DNA of 64,000 nt from an uncultured Clostridium sp. (GTDB lineage Bacteria > Bacillota > Clostridia > TANB77 > CAG-508), in assembly GCA_948436975.1 (NCBI GenBank), contig CAOJJB010000001.1:14005-78004 (forward strand), given 5' to 3'. This document shows, piece after piece, positions 1 through 7,817 of the stretch; position 1 is the first letter of the stretch; each line of letters starts with the position of its first letter. Under the pieces are notes generated by a model, which saw only the letters and a list, made by a program, of their open reading frames with translations, was not told the origin of the DNA and made no database searches. A program made the position numbers and the translations under genes.

Positions 1-860
1 CTAATAGCATCTATAAATTGATTTAATAAATTTTCATTATATGTATATGAAAGAGAAATCTTCTTTCCAAATAAATTTGTAAATATTAAAGTATAATTAT
101 TCTCTAATAAATTTCCACTCCTACCCTCTAAATATGCATTTTCAACTGCATTTTGTAATTCATATTTAAATTCAATATCTTCTGGATTTAATGAAACTTG
201 ATAATTTTCTCCATATCTTATATTTACTTCATTTAAAAGTTCCATTTTAATTATTTCGTCTAGTTTTTTTATTGCATCTTCACTATTCAAATTAGAAATA
301 TCTATATCTTTTATTGATATACCTTTTATAATGTTAGTATTATTTAAGTTAAATATTGCAAAAAGTGTTGAAAATGCAATTACTAAAACAAATAGTATTA
401 CAATACACACAAATATGTATAATTTCACCTTTCTATTTTTTAACATCTTTTGTACATATTCTGGTTTATCATCTATTTTTTTTATTGATTTTTCTTTATT
501 ATAGTCATTATTTTTTACATTTAAATTCTCTTTATTTTCATTATTTTTATTTTCTTTAATAACATTATTAATTTTTTTTTCATTTATTGTTTTTTTATTT
601 TTTTCAAGATTTGTATGTAATTTTTTATCTATTTTTTTATTTTCTTTATTATTTATTGATTCTTTACTAATTTTTTTATCTTCATTTTTATTTTTAATCT
701 CATTTTTATCTATTTTCTCATAATTTTTATTATTATCATTACTTTGTATTTCTTTTTGATTTTTTATTTTTTCTTTAGTTTTATTTTGTTTCTCTATATT
801 TGGCTTTTGATTAGAAACTTTTTTATTTTTCTTCCCCTTTTTCTTTTTAGAAGTAGACAT
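1..860 (-). CDS. VanW/YoaR-family protein, 5'-partial (runs off the window start): N-terminal Lys/Asn-rich low-complexity region, one TM helix, then a PG_binding_4/VanW-like region
   Basis: My own minus-strand translation starts at the ATG at 858-860 (RBS aggaaagg upstream) and stays open to position 1: MSTSKKKKGKK...TM (LYIFVCIVILFVLVIAF)...GISIKDIDISNLNSEDAIKKLDE...YGENYQVSLNPEDIEFKYELQNAVENAYLEGRSGNLLENNYTL. This matches the VanW/YoaR pattern (GVxIxGxDVSGLTxEEA ... AYxxGRSGN). It is absent from the ORF track because no stop lies in the window. The plus-strand ORFs 356..559 and 744..947 are spurious overlaps. Confidence 0.5.
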   Translation of the reverse strand, partial: MSTSKKKKGKKNKKVSNQKPNIEKQNKTKEKIKNQKEIQSNDNNKNYEKIDKNEIKNKNEDKKISKESINNKENKKIDKKLHTNLEKNKKTINEKKINNVIKENKNNENKENLNVKNNDYNKEKSIKKIDDKPEYVQKMLKNRKVKLYIFVCIVILFVLVIAFSTLFAIFNLNNTNIIKGISIKDIDISNLNSEDAIKKLDEIIKMELLNEVNIRYGENYQVSLNPEDIEFKYELQNAVENAYLEGRSGNLLENNYTLIFTNLFGKKISLSYTYNENLLNQFIDAI

Positions 861-1042
861 CTTAAGTCATTCCTTTCCTCTTATATTCATTTTATTATAT
901 TATCATATGTTCTTTTTCTTCGCAATATTTTTTCTACTAGACAATAAAAAAAATTATATATATAATAACAATAAAATAACATTTATTATATTTTATTCAC
1001 TATATTTTTAATTTATTATAAAAAATAAGAGGGGTACAAAAA

Positions 1043-1609
1043 ATGATAGGAAATATGATTTCTAAAATAAGAAAGGAAAGAGGTATTACAAAAACTGAAT
1101 TAGCAAATCAAACTAATATTAATATTGGTCATTTAACACATATTGAAAAAGGCGAACGAAATCCTAGTCATAAAACATTGAAATCTATTTGTTCTGCATT
1201 AAATATTCCATATCAACAATTGTTATATACATATGATAAGACTCTTTCAGAAGAACAAATAGATTATGGGTATATAGATCATATTTCATATAACAAAATA
1301 CCAGCAATTTCAAAAGTAGATGATTATATAAGTTGTCCTTCTGATTTCTCTAATGCTTCTTTTGCATATAAAGTACCAGATTCTGCAATGGCACCTATTA
1401 TAAAAGAAGGTTCATATGCATTTGTAGAAATTAATGGACTTATAGAAAATAGAGCCATAGGGCTATTTAAATTGAATGATAAATACCTTATTCGTAGACT
1501 TCTATATAAAAAAGATAAATTTATTTTAAGAGCTGATAATAAAGAAGTGAAAGATATTACTATAAATTCACGTGATATATTTCAAATCATAGGTCGTGTA
1601 TATATATAA
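1043..1609 (+). CDS. XRE-family HTH transcriptional repressor with C-terminal S24 (LexA/CI-like) peptidase domain
   Basis: N-terminal HTH_XRE motif (RGITKTELANQTNINIGHLTHIEKGERNPS). C-terminal S24-like segment (VPDSAMAPIIKEGSYAFVE...LIRRL). RBS agagggg upstream. Confidence 0.75.
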   Translation: MIGNMISKIRKERGITKTELANQTNINIGHLTHIEKGERNPSHKTLKSICSALNIPYQQLLYTYDKTLSEEQIDYGYIDHISYNKIPAISKVDDYISCPSDFSNASFAYKVPDSAMAPIIKEGSYAFVEINGLIENRAIGLFKLNDKYLIRRLLYKKDKFILRADNKEVKDITINSRDIFQIIGRVYI

Positions 1610-1714
1610 TTTATTACATTTTAATTACATTTTTATAAAATGTAAAAACTTACTTGAAGAAAAATATTATTAATACTATAATATGTTTATTCATTTACTT
1701 AAGAGGAGAAATTT

Positions 1715-2173
1715 ATGGAATTAATTAAAAATATATTTTTTAATACAGATAGATTAGTAGCAAATAATACAATAAAAATTTCATATACTGGATTATTTTT
1801 TCAATCACAATCTACCAATGTTTATATAAAATATTGTTTTGGTAATGATTGGGAGAATTATACTGAAAGCGAAATGACAAAAACCGAATTAGGATTTCAA
1901 ATAGAAATCGAATTACAAGATAAAGGTTCGTTTAGTTTCTGCTTAAAAAATGAAAATAATGAATGGGACAATAATAATGGAACAAATTATACCTTTAAAA
2001 TTGAACCTCCTGAAACTTCTTTAACCGTTATAGATAATAGTGAAAAATCTATTAGAAGAGTTCGTAAAACTTATATGTGGTCTAAAAAAGTAAAACTTGC
2101 AATATATAAAATGTTAATTTACATACCTAAATTAATTACAGGAAATTATAAAAGAAAGTCAGAAGAACTTTAA
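1715..2173 (+). CDS. hypothetical small protein, possible carbohydrate-binding-like beta domain (W/N-rich C-terminal motif NEWDNNNGTNYTF)
   Basis: RBS aagaggag 8 nt upstream of the ATG. Shares a C-terminal motif with ORF 7369..7758 (NEDNTWDTERYNYTLW). No confident family assignment. Confidence 0.4.
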   Translation: MELIKNIFFNTDRLVANNTIKISYTGLFFQSQSTNVYIKYCFGNDWENYTESEMTKTELGFQIEIELQDKGSFSFCLKNENNEWDNNNGTNYTFKIEPPETSLTVIDNSEKSIRRVRKTYMWSKKVKLAIYKMLIYIPKLITGNYKRKSEEL

Positions 2174-2262
2174 TATATAAAAAATGAAAGAAATGTAAGC
2201 ACTTTTTTGTGTATACATTTCTTTTATCATTTTACTATAACAATCTTCTTTTTATATAAAAT

Positions 2263-3339
2263 TTATACTCTTTCTGCTCTTTTTGATTGTGCACCTAATA
2301 TTTTTTCTACTTCTTTATCTACTACAATATTATAATCTTCATTTTCAACATTATATAAAACTTGTCCTAAATAGCCACCATCTTTAATTTTTTGTCTTAA
2401 TCTATCTTCTTCCAGTAGTTTCCTAATTTCTTTACCATAAATACAATTATTTTTTATTTTTTTAAAATCTATATTTTCACTATATACTATATCAATAATA
2501 TTTAAATCATCTGAGAAAATTAAATATTGACTTAATGGTTTATTATTAATTATAATCTTACCTATTTCCTTAATTATAATATCATAATCCATTATCTCAA
2601 TAATATTATCTGTTTCATTTTCAGCTCTTATATCCCCTATATCACCTGATATATCAAGACTTTTAAAACTTTCTTTATCTACTATTCGATAATACCTTAT
2701 TCCATTCCTATTTGCAACTTCTATGTGTCCTATATAACCATTATAGTATATTTGAGATTTATATATATTATCTCTACTTAATAAATTATTTACACAAAAA
2801 TCACAATATCCTTGACTTCTAAATAACTCTTCTAAATTTATTCTTCCATATACACAATCTACAATATTCATATTATTATAATATTGATTTACTTTATATT
2901 TATATATTGTTTCATTATCAATTAAATATTTATCATCAGGTTGAATTTCTATCTTACTTCCATCTCGTCGTTGAAAAATATATTTATTTGTATGTTCTTT
3001 TATTTCGTTTCTTCTTGTCTGAAAAGTTGAATTTTCTTTTCTATTTTCAGTATTATTAATTTCTTTATCATATTTATTTTTTAATTCTTTATAATAACTT
3101 CTATTATTTTCATCTTTTAAAAAATTATAAGCTTCTTGTAATTTTTGAAAATTTGAATTTGCCCCATAACTATTTAAATTTGAATCTGGGTGAATTTTCT
3201 TTGCAGCACACCAATATGATCTTTTCAAAGTCATTTCATCTACATTTTCATCTACATTTAAAATTTCACAATACTCTTTTATCTTCTGATATAATGATTT
3301 TTCATAATCATATTTCATAATTATCAAATATCCTTTCAT
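2263..3339 (-). CDS. J-domain (DnaJ-like) protein with uncharacterised C-terminal domain
   Basis: J-domain signature with HPD tripeptide (YWCAAKKIHPDSNLNSYGANSNFQKLQEAYNFLKD). The remaining ~250 aa are unrecognised. Confidence 0.65.
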   Translation of the reverse strand: MKGYLIIMKYDYEKSLYQKIKEYCEILNVDENVDEMTLKRSYWCAAKKIHPDSNLNSYGANSNFQKLQEAYNFLKDENNRSYYKELKNKYDKEINNTENRKENSTFQTRRNEIKEHTNKYIFQRRDGSKIEIQPDDKYLIDNETIYKYKVNQYYNNMNIVDCVYGRINLEELFRSQGYCDFCVNNLLSRDNIYKSQIYYNGYIGHIEVANRNGIRYYRIVDKESFKSLDISGDIGDIRAENETDNIIEIMDYDIIIKEIGKIIINNKPLSQYLIFSDDLNIIDIVYSENIDFKKIKNNCIYGKEIRKLLEEDRLRQKIKDGGYLGQVLYNVENEDYNIVVDKEVEKILGAQSKRAERV

Positions 3340-3353
3340 AATATAAAATATTT

Positions 3354-4085
3354 CTATGTAATAACTAAACCACCATTGGGAGAAATTATTTGTCCAGTTG
3401 TAAACTGGTCTTCAATAAGCCAATTAACACATCTTGTTATATCTATTGGTTGCCCTTTTTTCATTAGAGGAGTTTCTTCCAATATTTGTTTCCATTCATC
3501 TTCTCCTAAATCATTATTCATTTCTGTATCAATTGCACCAGGTGCTATAGAATTTACTCTTATATTAGATGGTCCTAATTCTTTAGCTAGAGCTTTTGTC
3601 ATTCCATCAATACCAGCTTTAGACATAGAATAATGAACTTCACAAGAACCTCCAGTCATTCCATATATAGAAGATAAATTTATAATACAACCACTGTGTT
3701 CTTTTATCATATATTTTACAGTTTCTTGTGTCATAAAAAAAGCTGAATATAAGTTGTTTTTTAACATACTTTCAAAATCTTCATCTGTTATATCTGTAAA
3801 TAGCTTCGCTTGTGCTATACCTGCATTATTTATTAAAATATCAATCTTATTATATTTTTGTATTACAAAATTTACTAATTCAATAACTTTATTTCTTTTA
3901 GATACATCAGCCTTAATTATATCTATTTCTACTCCTTGTCTTTTTAACTCCTCCTGTAATTTAATCGCTTCTAATTCAGATTTATTGTAATTTGCTATTA
4001 TTTTATATCCACTTAAAGCTAAATTATATGCTATATTTCTTCCTATTCCTCTACTTGCACCTGTTACTATAACAACTTTACTCAT
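3354..4085 (-). CDS. SDR-family oxidoreductase (FabG-like 3-oxoacyl-ACP reductase family)
   Basis: TGASRGIG Rossmann motif, NNAG and the YxxxK catalytic motif (YSMSKAG). Confidence 0.85.
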   Translation of the reverse strand: MSKVVIVTGASRGIGRNIAYNLALSGYKIIANYNKSELEAIKLQEELKRQGVEIDIIKADVSKRNKVIELVNFVIQKYNKIDILINNAGIAQAKLFTDITDEDFESMLKNNLYSAFFMTQETVKYMIKEHSGCIINLSSIYGMTGGSCEVHYSMSKAGIDGMTKALAKELGPSNIRVNSIAPGAIDTEMNNDLGEDEWKQILEETPLMKKGQPIDITRCVNWLIEDQFTTGQIISPNGGLVIT

Positions 4086-4103
4086 AAAAAATCCTTTCTA
4101 CAG

Positions 4104-5741
4104 TTAAAATGGTAGCTTTGGACTATCTGTTAGTTTTACTACTATTATTCCATTAATAATTTTTACTGATGTTTTATCTGGAAAACGTTTCATTTGTTTA
4201 TATTCTTCTCCTGTAACAATTTTATAATAAATATCATTTGGACATGGTACTACATCAATACCATAGAATATTTTTATAAATTTAACCCATGTTCCAATAC
4301 ATCCATTATATGAATCATGAAAGGTTGGATTTGTAACAATAGACCCTACTGTATATGTATATAATGATGAAGTTCTAGGATAGTTATAATTACCTATAAT
4401 TCCACCAAACAATATCGGATATTCCTCATGATAACCATCTGTATTTTCTATTCTATCCATTATTCTCATTGTTGTTGAATACGCTTGATTATAAGTTAAC
4501 TTTAATGCTGCATAAGAAGTATTATCTGCAATATAATAAGTTCCTATTATTCCTATACATGATACTATTGCTAACCATTTAACAATTGGCATCTTATTTT
4601 TCAGATTTTCAAATATAGCCAAAGAAAATGGTATTATTAAAACCATCTGAACTGTAGTAAGTGCATACATACTGTTTTCCACCACTAAAATATCAATTAT
4701 ATTTAAACATATTGGTAAAGCTAGTATAAATATAATAGCAAGAATAATTTTTGTTATTCTTATTTTAAAATTTTTATCTTTTATAGCCATAATAGAAACA
4801 ATTGAAGACAAAGTAAACATTATAAAAAAAATACTATACATTATTTCTCTTCTAAAATTCGTATTATGTACAATTGAATCTCCTAAAAAGAATATTATAA
4901 AATCTTTATATGTTTGCATTAATGTAGTTTTTAAACCTACTAATATTCCAAATATAGAAATATTTTCTGCCCCTTTATAATTAGCAAATTCTAAATTTAA
5001 TACGTTTAATACCACTTTAGTAGTAATATAATATAAAATTCCTCCACAAATTATAACTATAATTGTTTTTAAAATGTCTATAACAATTTCTTTAATTGTT
5101 TTTTGGTTTCTTATCAAATCTAATACACTTATCATAGCACATAATCCAATACTTACACCTATATAGCTTTGATAAATACTTAATGAAAACATAAAGCATA
5201 TAATAGAAAATATAAAACCTAATTTTTTATAATTAAATTTATATAATAACCAAATAACCAATATTGAAATTAGAAAGTTAAAACAATATGCAAAAGATGT
5301 ATATATATATAACAAAGTTACAGTAAGTGTTGGAGTTACTACCAATATTAAAGAAGTTAAAACAATAGAAATTTTACTTTTAATATTAAATAAATCTATT
5401 ATAAAAACAGCTGCTATTGACATTACTAAAATACATGATATCGTTGAAACTGTTGGTATTGCTATAAAATGATTTAATCTTTCTATTAAAGCAATTCCCC
5501 ATCTTCCAAGTGTACTTTCCCATGCACCTGGTCTGAAATATTCCATAGAATTCCATAATCCATCTTGACTCATTATTGTTTCTGTTATCATTGTTATATG
5601 TGTTATTATGCCTGCTATAAGAGCCACTAAAAAGGCTAATTGTTTTCTACTGTCAAACCATTTCATAAATTTGTTCAACGCTTCTTCTGGTGTAAAAATT
5701 ATTACTTTTTTATTTTCTTCTTCCATTAGTTTATTCCCCAA
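4104..5741 (-). CDS. polytopic integral membrane protein (>10 predicted TM helices), function unknown, possibly a glycosyltransferase-like membrane enzyme
   Basis: 545 aa, dominated by hydrophobic helices. Hydrophilic N-terminus and C-terminal ~130 aa soluble domain. Confidence 0.55.
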   Translation of the reverse strand: MGNKLMEEENKKVIIFTPEEALNKFMKWFDSRKQLAFLVALIAGIITHITMITETIMSQDGLWNSMEYFRPGAWESTLGRWGIALIERLNHFIAIPTVSTISCILVMSIAAVFIIDLFNIKSKISIVLTSLILVVTPTLTVTLLYIYTSFAYCFNFLISILVIWLLYKFNYKKLGFIFSIICFMFSLSIYQSYIGVSIGLCAMISVLDLIRNQKTIKEIVIDILKTIIVIICGGILYYITTKVVLNVLNLEFANYKGAENISIFGILVGLKTTLMQTYKDFIIFFLGDSIVHNTNFRREIMYSIFFIMFTLSSIVSIMAIKDKNFKIRITKIILAIIFILALPICLNIIDILVVENSMYALTTVQMVLIIPFSLAIFENLKNKMPIVKWLAIVSCIGIIGTYYIADNTSYAALKLTYNQAYSTTMRIMDRIENTDGYHEEYPILFGGIIGNYNYPRTSSLYTYTVGSIVTNPTFHDSYNGCIGTWVKFIKIFYGIDVVPCPNDIYYKIVTGEEYKQMKRFPDKTSVKIINGIIVVKLTDSPKLPF

Positions 5742-5838
5742 TATTTATTTAATTAATATTATAAAACCAAGAAAGCTTAATGTCAATGACAGTTCATTAA
5801 TAACATAAAAAATAAGGTAATGTAAATTACCTTATTTT

Positions 5839-5914
<76 letters not shown>

Positions 5915-5948
5915 ATATATATAATTAACCATTCTTATTAAATAAAAG

Positions 5949-6024
5949 TGGTGACCCCTACGGGAATCGAACCCATGTCTCCGCCGTGAAAGGGCGATGT
6001 CTTAACCGCTTGACCAAGGGGCCA
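5949..6024 (-). tRNA. tRNA-Glu (anticodon TTC)
   Basis: Reverse complement is GGCCCCTTGGTCAAGCGGTTAAGACATCGCCCTTTCACGGCGGAGACATGGGTTCGATTCCCGTAGGGGTCACCA. Anticodon loop CTTTCAC. Confidence 0.85.
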
Positions 6025-6055
6025 TACATTAAAGAATATCTAAAAAGATATTCTT

Positions 6056-6131
6056 TGGTGAGCTATCCGCGACTCGAACGCGGGACAACTTGATTAAAAG
6101 TCAAGTGCTCTACCACCTGAGCTAATAGCCC
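6056..6131 (-). tRNA. tRNA-Lys (anticodon TTT)
   Basis: Reverse complement is GGGCTATTAGCTCAGGTGGTAGAGCACTTGACTTTTAATCAAG...CGCGGATAGCTCACCA. Anticodon loop CTTTTAA. Confidence 0.85.
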
Positions 6132-6319
6132 ATAAGTTGTATGGCAATTGCTTAAAAGCAACTGCTTTTATATGATACACTATTTTTTTATACTTGTCAA
6201 CATTTTTTTTATATTTTTTATAAATTTTTGTATAATTATTAATTTAAAAGATTATATTTACTCAAAATCAATATATAATTATTATTTCCAATAACACTAA
6301 TATTATAACTTCAATTATA

Positions 6320-7220
6320 TTATTCAATATACTCAAGAAGTTTACTTGCTGCTATTGAAAGATATTTAGGATTATAAATAATTCCCAAATTATGCATAGA
6401 AGAAATTTCACTAACAGGAAGTTGAAAAAGTTCTCCTGAATCTAATTCATTTTGTATTGATTCTTTTAAGGTATATCCTATTCCATATCCTGCTTTTACT
6501 AAGAAAACAATAGGAGCATGATATGTAAAATCCATAATAGGCTCTAATTTTATATTTCTTTTTTTAAAATCGTTATCTAAAGCAATTCTTTCATAACTAT
6601 TTTGATTTAATAATAATAATGGATAATTAGCTAATTCTTCTAAAGAAACTTTATCTTTTTTAATCAAGTCTTTAAATTTTTTATTACAAAAAAAGCAATG
6701 TGTGATTTCTGAAAAAACTTTAACTGAAAATTTTTGAAATGAAGTATTTTCATCAAATTTACGAATAACCATATCTAATTCATGATTTTCTAACATTTTT
6801 ATCATATCTGTTGCAGGTTTACTAATAATATGAATTTTAATATTAGGATACTTTTTATGATAATTAGAAACATATGGAAATAATCCTACTTGAAATAAAC
6901 TAGGATTGCATCCGAATATTTAGAACTCCATTTATTAATTTTTTATCTTCAATAAAATTCTTTTCGCCTATTAACAATGTTTTATAGCATTCTCTTACAG
7001 AATTATATAATTTTTCTGCTTCTGGTGTAAGAGTAACTCCTTTAGAATTACGATTAAATAATTTTCCACCTAAACCTTCTTCTAAAACTTTTATATTATA
7101 ACTAATAGCAGGCTGTGATACATATAGAAGTTCTGCTGCTTTTGATATACTTTTTGTTTGTGCAACTGTATAAAAAATTTTATAAAGATTTAAATCAAAA
7201 TTGTGATTAATAATATCCAT
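6320..7220 (-). pseudogene. LysR-family transcriptional regulator disrupted by a frameshift (N-terminal HTH ORF 6900..7220 plus C-terminal substrate-binding ORF 6320..6805)
   Basis: 6900..7220 encodes a LysR HTH (KSISKAAELLYVSQPAISYNIKVLEEGLGGKLFNR). 6320..6805 encodes a LysR_substrate domain. Together they make about 300 aa, with a ~95-nt gap and a frame change between them. Confidence 0.6.
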
Positions 7221-7368
7221 ATATAAATCTCCTTTATATCAAACATAAATATTATATATTTTACTTATACCTATAAATGTATTATAATATAGTTATATTT
7301 AAAAAACAATATATACAATAAATTTTACTTATAGTAAATAAGGATGTAAAAGTAAGGAAGGTGAAAAT

Positions 7369-7758
7369 ATGGTCAATTCATTAGTAACAAATATAGAAAA
7401 TGAATTAGAAAATAATGTAGTCTTTAAGAAAGTTTTTAAGAACTTTAAAATACCTAAATTAGATATGTTAGAAAAAAATACAGATTTAGTTTACAAATCA
7501 AATGAGTATATGGGATATTATAAAAAAGAAGTATACTTTGATTTAATACCACAAGAAAAAATTTCATCAGTTAGGGGTACATTAAAACTAACTCTTACAT
7601 CTAGTGTAAAAGAATTTGATATTCAAAAAGCAATGCATCTAGTTCCTACAAATGAAATTCACAATGTAAGTGTAACTTTTATGTTATATAATGAAGATAA
7701 TACATGGGATACAGAAAGATACAATTATACATTGTGGAAAAATTTAAAATGTAAATAA
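7369..7758 (+). CDS. hypothetical small protein (paralog-like of 1715..2173)
   Basis: RBS aaggaagg. C-terminal motif LYNEDNTWDTERYNYTLW resembles FCLKNENNEWDNNNGTNYTF of ORF 1715..2173. Confidence 0.4.
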   Translation: MVNSLVTNIENELENNVVFKKVFKNFKIPKLDMLEKNTDLVYKSNEYMGYYKKEVYFDLIPQEKISSVRGTLKLTLTSSVKEFDIQKAMHLVPTNEIHNVSVTFMLYNEDNTWDTERYNYTLWKNLKCK

Positions 7759-7785
7759 CTTTATAAACTATTATATATAAAAATA

Positions 7786-7814
7786 AAAACCTCTATACAC
7801 TAGAGGTTTTATTT
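7786..7814. terminator. bidirectional rho-independent terminator between convergent genes
   Basis: Hairpin aacctctatacactagaggtt flanked by A-run and T-run. Confidence 0.6.
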
Positions 7815-7817
7815 TGT

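Noticed and set aside
1043-1609. Possible prophage, suggested by the XRE-S24 CI/LexA-like repressor
   Set aside because: No integrase, terminase, capsid or other phage genes nearby. The neighbours are a VanW-like gene and metabolic genes. It is more likely a standalone SOS-type or local regulator.
3376-3990. Plus-strand ORFs 3376..3633 and 3754..3990 inside the SDR gene
   Set aside because: They lie antisense to a well-supported SDR CDS and have low-complexity translations. These are typical shadow ORFs in AT-rich DNA.
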